Assembly: GCA_017504605.1 (NCBI GenBank)
Contig: JAFVQW010000001.1
Span: forward strand, 58,845-122,844
Reading direction: 5' to 3'
DNA from: Clostridia bacterium
GTDB lineage: Bacteria > Bacillota > Clostridia > Oscillospirales > CAG-272
Length of the DNA stretch: 64,000 bases
Translations under genes and position numbers: made by a program
Shown here: positions 1 through 9,547 of the stretch, in pieces
How the letters are laid out: every line of letters begins with the position of its first letter
Position numbering within the stretch: the stretch's first letter is position 1
Notes under the pieces: model-generated
Told to the model about the DNA's origin: nothing
Seen by the model: only the letters and a program-made list of their open reading frames with translations
Databases searched by the model: none

Positions 1-824
1 ACTTCCATTCCCTCATTCTCCTTTTTAATATAATTACCGTAAATTTCAATCTGTGTAAGTGCCGCAAAGGACAGCGAGCCGTCCTCAAGCCGCTGCTGCT
101 TGAAGCCCGTAAGCTTAACGTATTCGGTCAGGCGGGGCTCAAACTCGGCCGTCTGTCCTTCGGCCGTGCCCTCGAGTGATACGTGCACGGCGGGGCCGTC
201 GGAAAACTCAATATCCATCTCGCGCCAGAAGGTGTCGTGCGGGAAATCCGCGCGCAAAAACAGTGTTACGCGAGAGACCGAGACGGGTGTGCCGAAGTGT
301 ACCTCGTATTCGAGGTCCTCGCGCAGGCCGCCGCCCCACGAATGGTAGGGATAGCCGCCGTGAGAGCTGTTATCTATAACGCCGTCGATGGCGTTACGCT
401 CGAAGAAGCTCGGGTCCTCACGCGTGACGAAGTTAGCCACGGCGTGCGGAAAATATTTAGCCACCTTATGTCTGTCGTGCGAGTTAAGAGAAATCTTACG
501 CTCACCGTAAATCTCCGCCTCGCTCGGCTCACTGACACGCACCCTATGACTGTCGCCCGAGAAGGCGGTCGGTGCATAGCAGCATTTTCTCTCATAATCG
601 AACGGAATGGCGAACTCAAACACGCCGTCGGGAAGATAGACTATCGACGGTGCGAGCGTCTCGTCAAGCTGAAGCGATAGAAACTCCGAGTAATCCACCT
701 CGACTCTGTATCTGTCGCCGTGCTCGTACTCGCCCGAATAGCGCTCGTCTATCTCGGTGCCGTACGCCTTAAACTTCACTTCTCCGTTTTCATTCAGAAG
801 CTTTAAGCTGATTATTTCAATCAC
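1..824 (-). CDS. partial CDS whose 3' end runs off the left edge; unknown protein with a discoidin (F5/8 type C)-like domain
   Basis: An uninterrupted reverse-strand frame of ~274 codons runs from GTG (824-822) to position 3. It is missing from the ORF track because no stop lies in the window. Codon style is GC3-rich like the neighbours. The translation includes NAIDGVIDNSSHGGYPYHSWGGG...VSRVTLFLRADFPHDTFWREMDIEFSDG...FAALTQIEIYG. The start codon is uncertain because the RBS abuts the GTG. Confidence 0.5.
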   Translation of the reverse strand, partial: MIEIISLKLLNENGEVKFKAYGTEIDERYSGEYEHGDRYRVEVDYSEFLSLQLDETLAPSIVYLPDGVFEFAIPFDYERKCCYAPTAFSGDSHRVRVSEPSEAEIYGERKISLNSHDRHKVAKYFPHAVANFVTREDPSFFERNAIDGVIDNSSHGGYPYHSWGGGLREDLEYEVHFGTPVSVSRVTLFLRADFPHDTFWREMDIEFSDGPAVHVSLEGTAEGQTAEFEPRLTEYVKLTGFKQQRLEDGSLSFAALTQIEIYGNYIKKENEGME

Positions 825-858
825 CCCTTTTTTATGATAGCATATATTTTATTCAAAA

Positions 859-1527
859 TCAACCGTTTTCAGAAAACAAAAGCGCCGAGAGCTCGTCTAC
901 CGTCTTAAGATAGTAGTCGCAGCGCTCTCTCATAAATTTCTCGATTTCGGGCACGTCGTAGGCCCAGCCCGCCGCGGCAAAATCAACACCCGCCGCACGT
1001 GCCATATCGAAGCCCGGCTTCAGGTCGTCGACGACGAGAAGCTCGCTCGGACGGAGCGAGTAGCGCTCCATTATATCGTGTAGAGCGTAGGGTGCGGGCT
1101 TACGAAGCTCGGGGGAGAGGTCCCAGCCGTAAATCACGTCGGGCGCGGGCAGCCCGCGGGTGCGGTAATCGCGCTCGATATAATGGCTGAAGGAGTGCGA
1201 GGTGACGGCGATGATACCGCCGCGCGCGCGGAAGGTGTGGAGTATTTCCGACATACCGGGATAGGGCTCGGGTATGTGCTCCCTCACAAAATCCTTCCAA
1301 TACTGCTCCTCCTCGAGCATCTCGCTCTCGCTAAGACCTACCTCGTCGCGAAAAAGCGAGATTATCCCCGGGTGAAAGTTCTTTATAAAATAGTCCTCAA
1401 GGGTATAGTTATCCGCAATCTCGGGACGGTGCTCGCGAAGATATTTTACAAAGCAGGGGAAATGTATGGTCGCGGTGCTGTTAACCACGGTGTCGTCATG
1501 GTCGAGCACAAGACATTTATATTTCAT
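859..1527 (-). CDS. HAD-superfamily hydrolase
   Basis: 222-aa ORF with HAD motif I (LVLDHDDTVVNS) and a late acidic motif (LLVVDDLKPG). Its start overlaps the upstream LRR gene stop by 11 nt. Confidence 0.8.
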   Translation of the reverse strand: MKYKCLVLDHDDTVVNSTATIHFPCFVKYLREHRPEIADNYTLEDYFIKNFHPGIISLFRDEVGLSESEMLEEEQYWKDFVREHIPEPYPGMSEILHTFRARGGIIAVTSHSFSHYIERDYRTRGLPAPDVIYGWDLSPELRKPAPYALHDIMERYSLRPSELLVVDDLKPGFDMARAAGVDFAAAGWAYDVPEIEKFMRERCDYYLKTVDELSALLFSENG

Positions 1528-2416
1528 TCTTTAAATCAAGACAGCTGACCCTCGGCAGCCGCACGGTGAGGTCGCTACACTCTACCGCAAGAGGCTTACC
1601 GCCCGTGAGGCTATCCCACTCGGCGGCACTGCCGCCGAAGGAAATCTCGGCGAGCGCATCACACCCGCCGAAGACGTCGCCGTCCTCAAGCTCCTTTATA
1701 TTTTTCGGTATCGCTATTCTCCGAAGCGCCGAGCAGCCCGAAAAGGCATCGAGACCCACCGCCTCAACCCCGACGGGCAGGATAAGCGAGGCAAGAGAGG
1801 TGCAGCCGAGGAAGGCTCGGCGGCCTATCTTACGCAGCTTCTTTGGCATATCGACGGTAACGAGCGAGCGACAGCCCTCAAAGGTACTCTCGTCGATAAG
1901 CGCCATATTGCCCGAGAGCTTCACCGCCTCAAGCGAGAAGCAAAAGGCGAAGGCGGAGAACTCAACGAGCGCACAGCTGTCGGGCACGGTAACGTCGGTA
2001 AGGTTAAAGCAATATGCAAAGGCCGAGGGGCCGATGATATAAACCGCCTCGGAAAGACGAAGGCTCGAAAGAGAGGCACAGCCCTCGAAGGCTCCCTCTC
2101 CTATTCGCTTAACGCTATCGGGAAGATATACGCCGAGAAGCGAGGAGCAAAAGGCAAACGCCTCGTCCCCGATTTCCAAGAGCCCGTGCTCAAATACGAC
2201 ACGCCTCAGGCTCTTACAGCCCGAGAAGGCGGATGCCGAAATTTTTACAAGCGAGCGCGGAAGATATATCTCGGTAAGCGAGGTGAACTCGCTGAAGGCA
2301 AACTCGGCAATCTCCTCTATCCCCTCGGGGATACGGATAACGGCGTTGTCCGCGGTATCGGCATAATCACCGCGCGATACCGCGCGTATTTCGCTTTTCT
2401 CGTTCGGGGCAGTCAT
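1517..2416 (-). CDS. BspA-type (LRR_5-like) leucine-rich-repeat protein with no signal peptide
   Basis: Repeated ~23-aa units of the form I.IP..V..IG..AF..C.SL..V.LP. The start is trimmed to ATG 2416 (MTAPNEK...) because the 320-aa track ORF would overlap the valS 3' end. The N-terminus is hydrophilic. Confidence 0.75.
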   Translation of the reverse strand: MTAPNEKSEIRAVSRGDYADTADNAVIRIPEGIEEIAEFAFSEFTSLTEIYLPRSLVKISASAFSGCKSLRRVVFEHGLLEIGDEAFAFCSSLLGVYLPDSVKRIGEGAFEGCASLSSLRLSEAVYIIGPSAFAYCFNLTDVTVPDSCALVEFSAFAFCFSLEAVKLSGNMALIDESTFEGCRSLVTVDMPKKLRKIGRRAFLGCTSLASLILPVGVEAVGLDAFSGCSALRRIAIPKNIKELEDGDVFGGCDALAEISFGGSAAEWDSLTGGKPLAVECSDLTVRLPRVSCLDLKNEI

Positions 2417-2420
2417 ACCG

Positions 2421-5051
2421 TCACCCGAGCTTCTTAAGCGCCGCGAGGAGTGACTCGCGGGTCTCGAGATATTTGGCAAGCTTCTCGCGCTCGCCCGCTA
2501 TAACCGCGGCTGGTGCCTTCGAGACGAAGCCCTCGTTCTTAAGCTTATTCTCTATGCGAGAAATCTCTCCCTCGTTCTTCTTAAGCTCGGCACCGAGGCG
2601 CTCGCGCTCCTTATCAAGGTCGATAACCTCGGCAAGAGGAATATACATATTTCCCGCATCGGTGGCAATCATCACCGCATCGTCGGCCTCGTAGCCATCG
2701 GTGAGGATTACCTCGCTCGCAGAGGCGAGCTTCTCAAGAATTTTCGCAGTCTTGCGGAAGGTGTCGGCGTACTTCGTAACGACGAAGAGCTTTGCCTTAC
2801 GCGAGGGGGGTATATTCATCTCCGCACGGCGTGCTCTTATAGCACCGATGCAGGTGATAATTCTGTCAATATCGCGTCTCTCTGCCGAAAAGTCAAGAGA
2901 GGGGTTATAGGTAGGATAGTCGGAAATCATTATCGACTCGACCTCGTGAGGAAGCGCCTGATAGATTTCCTCGGTGATGAAGGGCATATAGGGGTGAAGC
3001 AGCTTCAGTATATTGGTAAGTGCCGTAACAAGCACGCGCTTCGCGGTAAGTGCGGCGGCACCGCCCTCGAATATACGGCTCTTCGCCATTTCTATATACC
3101 AGTCGCAGAAGGTCTCCCAGGTGAAGGAGTAAATCTCGGAAAGCGCAACGCCGACCTCGAAGGCATCAATATTCGCCGTAACGCTCTTGATAAGGTCGTT
3201 CAGGCGGGAGAGAAGCCACTTGTCCTCGGGGGCAAGGTCCTCTGCCGCGGGAGCCTTAAGAAGCTCGGCATCATCCTCGGTCAGGTTCATAAGCACGAAG
3301 CGCGAGGCGTTCCAGAGCTTATTTGCAAAGTTTCTCGCCGCCTCAATCTTCTCATCCGAGAAGCGCATATCGTTTCCGGGGGCGTTACCCGTCGCGAGAG
3401 CGTAGCGGAGAGCATCGGCGCCGTACTTATCGATAATTTCGAGCGGGTCGATGCCGTTTCCGAGAGACTTCGACATCTTCCTTCCCTTCGCATCTCTGAC
3501 AAGTCCGTGGATAAATACAGTGTCAAAGGGGCGCTTGCCCGTGTGCTCAAGGCCCGAGAATATCATTCTCGATACCCAGAAGGTAATGATGTCGTAGCCG
3601 GTTACGAGCGTGCTCGTGGGATAGTATTTTTCAAGGTCCTCGGTCTTATCGGGCCAGCCCATGGTCGAGAAGGGCCAGAGAGCCGAGGAGAACCAGGTGT
3701 CAAGAACGTCCTCCTCCTGGCGTACGGGCGCGCCGCACTTGGGACAGGTGGTAATATCGGTCTTCGAGACCTCCATATGGCCGCACTCGTCGCAATAGAA
3801 GGCGGGAATTCTGTGTCCCCACCAGAGCTGACGGGAGATACACCAGTCGAGAATGTTATTCATCCAGTTGAAGTAGTTCTTCGAGAAGCGCTCGGGCACA
3901 AATCTTATCGAGCCGTCCTCTACCGCGCGGATTGCGGGCTCTGCGAGGGGCTTCATTTTTACGAACCACTGGTCGGAGGTGAGGGGCTCAACCGTCGTGC
4001 CGCAGCGGTAGCAGGTGCCGACGTTGTGCTCGTGGGGCTCGGTCTTAACGAGGTAGCCCTCGCTCTCAAGGTCGGCAACGAGAGCCCGACGGCACTCGTA
4101 TCTGTCCATTCCCTCGTACTTGCCCGCATAGGAGTTCATAGTAGCGTCGTCGTTCATAACCTTAATCTGCTCGAGGCCGTGGCGCTGACCGACGAGGAAG
4201 TCGTTCGGGTCGTGCGCGGGGGTAATCTTAACGCAGCCCGTGCCGAAGCCAATCTCAACGTAGTCGTCGGCTATAACGGGAATTTCACGTCCGACAATGG
4301 GGAGAATAAGGGTCTTACCGATAAGATGCTTGGTATTCTCGTCCTCGGGGTTAACCGCAACGGCGGTGTCGCCGAACATCGTCTCGGGGCGCGTGGTGGC
4401 TATCTCGACGTAGCCGTCCTCGCCCTTTATGGGATACTTTATATGCCAGAAGCTGCCCGGCTGGTCCTTATACTCAACCTCGGCATCCGAGAGCGCGGTA
4501 AGGCAACGGGGGCACCAGTTGATAATTCTGTGTCCGCGGTAAATAAGTCCCTTGTTATAAAGGTTTACGAAAACCTCTCTTACGGCGCGGGAGCAGCCCT
4601 CGTCCATAGTGAAGCGCTCGCGGTCCCAGTCGCAGGACGAGCCGAGCTTCTTCAGCTGATTGATAATTCTGTCGCCGTACTGCTCCTTCCAGGCCCAAAC
4701 GCGCTCGAGGAACTTATCACGGCCGAGGTCGTATCTCGTGAGACCCTCGTTCTTACGAAGGCTCTCCTCAACCTTAATCTGCGTGGCAATTCCCGCGTGG
4801 TCGGTGCCGGGCACCCAGAGCGTGGAGTAGCCCTGCATACGCCTCGTGCGGACGAGTATGTCCTGAAGCGTCTCATCGAGGGCGTGTCCCATATGAAGCT
4901 GACCCGTTACGTTCGGGGGCGGTATGACGATAGAGAACGCGGGTCCCTTAGCGTCACTTTTAGGCGAAAAGTATTTCTTCTCGCACCACTCGCCGTAAAT
5001 TCTGTCCTCAAACTGTGAGGGGTCGTAATTTTTTGCAAGCTCTTTTCTCAT
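2421..5051 (-). CDS. valS: valine--tRNA ligase
   Basis: 876 aa with class I signatures ([22 protein letters not shown]), a C-terminal coiled coil, and a T-box leader upstream. Confidence 0.97.
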   Translation of the reverse strand: MRKELAKNYDPSQFEDRIYGEWCEKKYFSPKSDAKGPAFSIVIPPPNVTGQLHMGHALDETLQDILVRTRRMQGYSTLWVPGTDHAGIATQIKVEESLRKNEGLTRYDLGRDKFLERVWAWKEQYGDRIINQLKKLGSSCDWDRERFTMDEGCSRAVREVFVNLYNKGLIYRGHRIINWCPRCLTALSDAEVEYKDQPGSFWHIKYPIKGEDGYVEIATTRPETMFGDTAVAVNPEDENTKHLIGKTLILPIVGREIPVIADDYVEIGFGTGCVKITPAHDPNDFLVGQRHGLEQIKVMNDDATMNSYAGKYEGMDRYECRRALVADLESEGYLVKTEPHEHNVGTCYRCGTTVEPLTSDQWFVKMKPLAEPAIRAVEDGSIRFVPERFSKNYFNWMNNILDWCISRQLWWGHRIPAFYCDECGHMEVSKTDITTCPKCGAPVRQEEDVLDTWFSSALWPFSTMGWPDKTEDLEKYYPTSTLVTGYDIITFWVSRMIFSGLEHTGKRPFDTVFIHGLVRDAKGRKMSKSLGNGIDPLEIIDKYGADALRYALATGNAPGNDMRFSDEKIEAARNFANKLWNASRFVLMNLTEDDAELLKAPAAEDLAPEDKWLLSRLNDLIKSVTANIDAFEVGVALSEIYSFTWETFCDWYIEMAKSRIFEGGAAALTAKRVLVTALTNILKLLHPYMPFITEEIYQALPHEVESIMISDYPTYNPSLDFSAERRDIDRIITCIGAIRARRAEMNIPPSRKAKLFVVTKYADTFRKTAKILEKLASASEVILTDGYEADDAVMIATDAGNMYIPLAEVIDLDKERERLGAELKKNEGEISRIENKLKNEGFVSKAPAAVIAGEREKLAKYLETRESLLAALKKLG

Positions 5052-5080
5052 TTTTATCCTCCAAAATTGTATACATAATA

Positions 5081-5335
5081 AAAAAGCCCGAGACGGTTTA
5101 TCCTGACCGTCTCGGGGCGTAATTAACGCGGTACCACCCGATTTTCAGAGTGCACAGCACTCCCTCATCTCTCCCCATAACGCGGGGCGCGCCGAAGTCT
5201 AATAGGCCGAGGGCCGTTCTTTTCGGTGTAACACGGGCGACCTTCACGCGCCGACTGCAGAAGCTCTCACCTAACGCTTCCTCTCTTTGGCAGCAGCACA
5301 CGCTACTCCTCCCGTGCCTCTCTTTCGAGAACGAA
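5081..5335 (-). promoter_or_regulatory. T-box riboswitch leader with intrinsic terminator, controlling valS
   Basis: On the reverse strand the conserved T-box sequence AAUCGGGUGGUACCGCG lies at plus-strand 5127-5143. It is followed by a terminator stem CCCGAGACGG/CCGUCUCGGG (5087-5116) and a U-run. AGAGA/GGUGAGA stem-I distal motifs are present. Candidate Val specifier (GUC or GUG) lies in GCGUGAAGGUCGCC (5236-5249). Confidence 0.85.
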
Positions 5336-5338
5336 TAC

Positions 5339-5367
5339 ATTTTAACATAAATATTTTGCTTTGTCAA
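5339..5367 (-). promoter_or_regulatory. sigma-70-type promoter for the valS leader
   Basis: Reverse strand: TTGACA (5367-5362), a 17-nt spacer, then TAAAAT (5344-5339). Confidence 0.6.
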
Positions 5368-5376
5368 CCGAATTTA

Positions 5377-6591
5377 TCAATTATATATGCTTTTAATTTC
5401 GGTTTTGAGCGTTGCGTAGGCCTCGTCAAGCAGTGCCTCGACGTCGAGCTTCGCGAGCTCGGCCATAACGCCCTCCCGCTTCGGCTGTGTCTTCGGGTGA
5501 CGGGGAGTGAAGACGGTACAGCAGTCCTCATAGGGCAAAATAGCCGTATCAAAGGTGCCGTAGCGGCGAGCCTCTATAACTATCTCGTTCTTATCAAGGC
5601 CGATGCAGGGACGGAAGACGGGCATATCGACAACCGAGTCGGTGACCGAAATCGCCGCGAGGGTCTGCGAGGCAACCTGGCCGAGGCTCTCGCCCGTGAT
5701 AAGCGCCGAGCACTTATATTCCCCGGCACAGCGCTCCGCGAGGCGCATCATAAACACGCGAAGCAAAAGCGTGAAATAGTCCTCGTCGCACCTGTCGCGA
5801 ATTTCCTCCTGTATATGCGTTAAGGAAATGGTGTGCACGTACATCTTGCCAGTAAACTCGCACATTTCCTCGGCGAGGGTCATAACCTTCTCGAGCGCGC
5901 GCTCCGAGGTGTAGGGGAAGGACTCGAAGTGCAGTGCCTCTATCTCCATACCGCGCTTAGCCATCATACAGCCCGCGACAGGAGAATCGATACCGCCCGA
6001 GAGAAGAAGAAGTCCTCTGCCCGACGAGCGAGGCGGCAGACCGCCCGCACCCGACTCCTGTCCGCTTCTGACGTAGGCGTGCTCGTCGCGCACCTCGACC
6101 GTCACGGTGACGTCCGGGCTATGCACGTCAACGCGAAGCCCGCGTACAAGGCCGAGGATTACACCGCCGACCTCGCGCGAAATCTCGGGCGAGGTAAGAG
6201 GAAAGCGCTTGTCCGCACGCTTAGCGTCAACCTTAAAGGTACGCTTGCCAAGAAGCCTACTCGGCAGGTATTCCTTCACGGTTTTGATGATGCTCTCCAT
6301 AGTCTTATCGCATACCGCCGCGCGGTTTACGCCGACGATACCGAATACGTGTCTTGCCGCAGAGTACATTCCCTCCATATCGCACTCGGCACTCTCGGGC
6401 TCTATAAACACGGTGCTCTGCTTTACGTAAATTTTAAAGACACCGTAGCGGCTCGCCCTGCGGCGCAGCTCCTTTATAAGAAGTGCCTCGAAGCTCTGTC
6501 TGTTAGCCCCCTTAAGCACTACCTCGCCAAACTTGCAAAGTATTACCTCGGGCAGCTTCGCACCGAAATTAAGCTCGCTTGTAAAGTCCAT
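5377..6591 (-). CDS. thiI: tRNA 4-thiouridine synthase ThiI
   Basis: 404 aa. N-terminal ferredoxin-like/THUMP region (KFGEVVLKGANR) and a PP-loop (LLLLSGGIDSPVA). Confidence 0.92.
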   Translation of the reverse strand: MDFTSELNFGAKLPEVILCKFGEVVLKGANRQSFEALLIKELRRRASRYGVFKIYVKQSTVFIEPESAECDMEGMYSAARHVFGIVGVNRAAVCDKTMESIIKTVKEYLPSRLLGKRTFKVDAKRADKRFPLTSPEISREVGGVILGLVRGLRVDVHSPDVTVTVEVRDEHAYVRSGQESGAGGLPPRSSGRGLLLLSGGIDSPVAGCMMAKRGMEIEALHFESFPYTSERALEKVMTLAEEMCEFTGKMYVHTISLTHIQEEIRDRCDEDYFTLLLRVFMMRLAERCAGEYKCSALITGESLGQVASQTLAAISVTDSVVDMPVFRPCIGLDKNEIVIEARRYGTFDTAILPYEDCCTVFTPRHPKTQPKREGVMAELAKLDVEALLDEAYATLKTEIKSIYN

Positions 6592-6601
6592 TTTATTATC
6601 C

Positions 6602-7057
6602 TCACTTTATTATTCCCAAAATGTATTCGCGCGCCGACTCGGGCTCGGGGAAAAAGCCGTATATCACGGCTCCGTGTCTCAAAATCACAAATCCGCCGCC
6701 GGGTGTCCCCGAGTGCGTAAGAAGCGACACGCGCCGCTCGCACGCCTCGTAAATCATAAGCCGCTCGCCCGGGCTCTCGGCACAAAGCACGCCGAGCTCG
6801 CCGACGTAGTCAAGGCGCGAGTGTATAAGGAGCGCCCACTCGCGGGGCTCCTCGCCCTGAAAATCCAGCATATCCGAAAGAAGTCCCGCGGGAGCATAGT
6901 GCTCCTCGCCCTCCTCGGCGCGGGAAAGGTAAATCCGCCCGCTCGGAAGACGGCCGTCCCGAAAAAGAGAAACGACCTCATAGGGCTCGACGGTTCGAGC
7001 CGAGCAGGAGAAAAGAAATATAACCGTTAACAAAATAAGCGCAGTCAGCCTTTTCAT
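6602..7057 (-). CDS. putative lipoprotein, unknown function
   Basis: 151 aa. Signal peptide with lipobox (LLTVIFLFSCS). Confidence 0.55.
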   Translation of the reverse strand: MKRLTALILLTVIFLFSCSARTVEPYEVVSLFRDGRLPSGRIYLSRAEEGEEHYAPAGLLSDMLDFQGEEPREWALLIHSRLDYVGELGVLCAESPGERLMIYEACERRVSLLTHSGTPGGGFVILRHGAVIYGFFPEPESAREYILGIIK

Positions 7058-7106
7058 AAGTCCCCCAAAGCACAGAACTGCTTAATTTTATGCCGCGGGG
7101 GATAAA

Positions 7107-8129
7107 TTATTCGCTAAGCTCGCCGCGAAGGTCCTTCTCCATAAGGCTCTTTATCTCGGACTTATCAAGCCCGAGGCTGAAAAGGTGATACAGCTTGGCA
7201 ACCGCCGCCTCGGTGGTCATATCCTTACCGCTGACAGCACCCGCGCCCTTAAGGCTCGCGCTCGTCTCGTACGCGCCGAGAGTAACCGTGCCCGAGGGGC
7301 ACTGCGAGCATACGGTGATAACCGAGCCCGCGGCAAAGGCCTTCCTGATAATAGGTAAAAGCTCGGTAGCGCCGCCGGGGATGTTGCCCGCGCCGAAGGT
7401 CTCGAGAACTATGCCCGAGAGGCGCTCGGTCATAATCTCCTCAAAGAGCCCGAACTGTATTCCCGGGAAAACCTTAAGAACGCCGATTGGAACCTCGGAA
7501 AAGGGATTGTAGGTAAGACCCTCGGTGCTCCTCTTAAGAAGCGCCGCACGGTTATACCTTATATCTATTCCGACCTCGGCAAGAGGCGGATAGTTCGGCG
7601 AATCGAAGGCGTGAAGCCCGTCCGAGCTCATCTTCTCGGCACGGTTGCCGCGTAAGAGCCGTCCACTGAAATAGAGGCACACCTCTCTGACAACCCCCTC
7701 TGCCGCAATAAGCACGGAGGTAATAAGGTTCTCCCGCCCGTCGCTCCTTATCTCCGAGAGAGGTATCTGGGAGCCGGTAAGCACAACGGGCTTATCGAGC
7801 CCGCCGAGAATAAATGAGAGCGCCGAGGCGGTGTAGGCCATGGTATCGGTGCCGTGAAGCACGACGAAGCCCGCATAGCGCTCGTAGTTTTCGTATATAA
7901 CCTCGGCAATTTTGTTCCACTCTCTCACACTCATATTCGAGGAGTCAAGAAGCGGCGAGGTCTCGTAGAGCTCCCACGAGGGGAACTCGGGGCGCGCCAT
8001 ATCCTCGATTTCTCTGATAGCCTCGGCAAAGAAGCCCGGGGCGGGGGTGTAGCCCATCTCGGTATTCTTCATACCGATAGTGCCGCCCGTGTAGATAATA
8101 AGTACGCTTTTATTTACATTTTCAGCCAT
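7107..8129 (-). CDS. ansA: type I L-asparaginase
   Basis: 340 aa. Catalytic motifs IIYTGGTIGM and VVLHGTDTMAYTASAL. Confidence 0.9.
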   Translation of the reverse strand: MAENVNKSVLIIYTGGTIGMKNTEMGYTPAPGFFAEAIREIEDMARPEFPSWELYETSPLLDSSNMSVREWNKIAEVIYENYERYAGFVVLHGTDTMAYTASALSFILGGLDKPVVLTGSQIPLSEIRSDGRENLITSVLIAAEGVVREVCLYFSGRLLRGNRAEKMSSDGLHAFDSPNYPPLAEVGIDIRYNRAALLKRSTEGLTYNPFSEVPIGVLKVFPGIQFGLFEEIMTERLSGIVLETFGAGNIPGGATELLPIIRKAFAAGSVITVCSQCPSGTVTLGAYETSASLKGAGAVSGKDMTTEAAVAKLYHLFSLGLDKSEIKSLMEKDLRGELSE

Positions 8130-8568
8130 TATTCTTTGCCTCCCGTCTTTCCTTGTCTATATATCCCTGAAGAATAATCTCCGCCGAGAGAGTGTCGACG
8201 GCCTCGCGCCGCCTCTTTCCGTACGCGCCGCTCTCGCCGAGGTATCGGTACGCCACCATAGTAGACATACGCTCGTCGGAAAAGTCGATTTCGATATTGG
8301 TCTCCTCCTTAAGAAGCGCGGCAAAGGCACGAATTACCTCTACACGCCCCCCCTCCGTGCCGTCCATATTCTTCGGCAGACCGATTATTATTTTTTTACA
8401 GGAGCGAGCCTCTGCCTCTCGCGCAACGCGGCGGGCGGTGTTTCTCATTCCGCCCTCCTTCACCGTCGCGATACCGCTCGCAAGGGTTCCCGTGGGGTCA
8501 CATTCGGCGAGCCCCGTGCGGACGTCGCCGTAGTCAACGCCGAGATATTTACCGTGACTGAAGTCCAT
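8122..8568 (-). CDS. ruvX: Holliday-junction resolvase-like / pre-16S rRNA nuclease YqgF
   Basis: 148 aa. N-terminal YLGVDYGDVRTGLA motif typical of the YqgF/RuvX family. Overlaps ansA by 8 nt. Confidence 0.88.
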   Translation of the reverse strand: MDFSHGKYLGVDYGDVRTGLAECDPTGTLASGIATVKEGGMRNTARRVAREAEARSCKKIIIGLPKNMDGTEGGRVEVIRAFAALLKEETNIEIDFSDERMSTMVAYRYLGESGAYGKRRREAVDTLSAEIILQGYIDKERREAKNNG

Positions 8569-9383
8569 TAAAGCTCTCCTTTTTCATAAACGAATATGTA
8601 GAAGTCCGCATCGGTCGTAAGCTCACCGAGTGAGAATAAGCGCTCCCTCTCGCGCTCGGTCGTCCTGTACGCGTAGGGTGTCATCATAAAGAGCTCGCGT
8701 GCGAGGACGGCGGACAGTGTCATCGAATAGGTCATTCTCTCGCGGTGAAGAAGCTTAAAGCCGCGAAGCGCATCATCCTCGGGCTCGTTCTTATAGGGGG
8801 TGTCGTATATCGCCGCCTTAAGCCCAAAGAGATGCTCCTCGGCGGGAAAGGCGATGATAAATTTCCCGCCCCCAGCGAGCGTGCGCCACACCTCGTCGGG
8901 CGCAAGCGGAGAAAAGAGGTTCATCACCGTATCGACCGACCCCGAGGCGATCGGCATCCTGTACGCGCTCGCGACGGCGACGGAAATATTTTTATTTCGC
9001 TTTGCCGCACGGCGTGCGGCATCCTTAGAAATATCGAAGGCCGAAACACGCGCCGAGGGGTCGCGCGCCGTAAGCGCCGTATAAACTATATCGGTATAAT
9101 AGCCCTCGCCGCAGCCAACGTCGAGCACGAGCCCCGAGGGCACGGTGTACTCCGAGACGAGCTCGCCGACACGGCGAGCGAGGGGCTCGTAGGCCCCGCT
9201 CGAGAGAAACTCCCGCCGCGCGCGCACCATCTCGGCGTTATCGCCGTGCGTGCCCGCCCCCTGCCCGAGGAGCAGATTATAATATCCCTCCCTCGCTCGG
9301 TCGAAGCTGTGCCCGCGTGGGCACACGGCGGCGCCGCCGCTCTCGCGCAGCGCCTCTTGGCAAATAGGACAAATGAAAATCAT
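8568..9383 (-). CDS. rlmA: rRNA (guanine-N1)-methyltransferase, RlmA-like
   Basis: 271 aa. N-terminal zinc motif (CPICQ...CPRGHSFD) followed by a SAM-binding motif (VLDVGCGEGYY). Confidence 0.72.
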   Translation of the reverse strand: MIFICPICQEALRESGGAAVCPRGHSFDRAREGYYNLLLGQGAGTHGDNAEMVRARREFLSSGAYEPLARRVGELVSEYTVPSGLVLDVGCGEGYYTDIVYTALTARDPSARVSAFDISKDAARRAAKRNKNISVAVASAYRMPIASGSVDTVMNLFSPLAPDEVWRTLAGGGKFIIAFPAEEHLFGLKAAIYDTPYKNEPEDDALRGFKLLHRERMTYSMTLSAVLARELFMMTPYAYRTTERERERLFSLGELTTDADFYIFVYEKGEL

Positions 9384-9411
9384 ATTACCTCATTTTGCTT
9401 TTTTAATTCAT

Positions 9412-9439
9412 AAGTTGAATATGCCGAAGTTGAATATGC
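9412..9439. repeat. tandem 13-bp direct repeat AAGTTGAATATGC x2
   Basis: Identical copies at 9412-9424 and 9427-9439, 15 bp apart start to start. They lie about 30-55 bp upstream of the rlmA-like start codon. Confidence 0.8.
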
Positions 9440-9547
9440 TGATTAGTAGAAAATTCGCAAGACAAGGCAAAGCGAGCGCGAAGCCCGACGGCGTAGTTAC
9501 CTACGTCGAGGGCGACAAGTCGAAGCTTTAACGCAGTATTGCGGATT

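Noticed and set aside
2946-5018. A 690-aa ORF on the plus strand, with similar long ORFs at 39678-40802, 44578-46101, 47873-49336, 53840-54955, 57552-58820 and 60762-62621.
   Set aside because: Each lies exactly antisense to a confidently identified gene (valS, the binding protein, portal, capsid, fibre, helicase, glyQS/luxS). Their translations are Arg/Gly/Val/Ala-rich with no motifs. They are the stop-free shadows expected opposite GC3-biased genes.
9412-9439. A CRISPR or other arrayed repeat.
   Set aside because: There are only two 13-bp copies separated by 2 bp, no spacers of CRISPR length, and no cas genes in the window.
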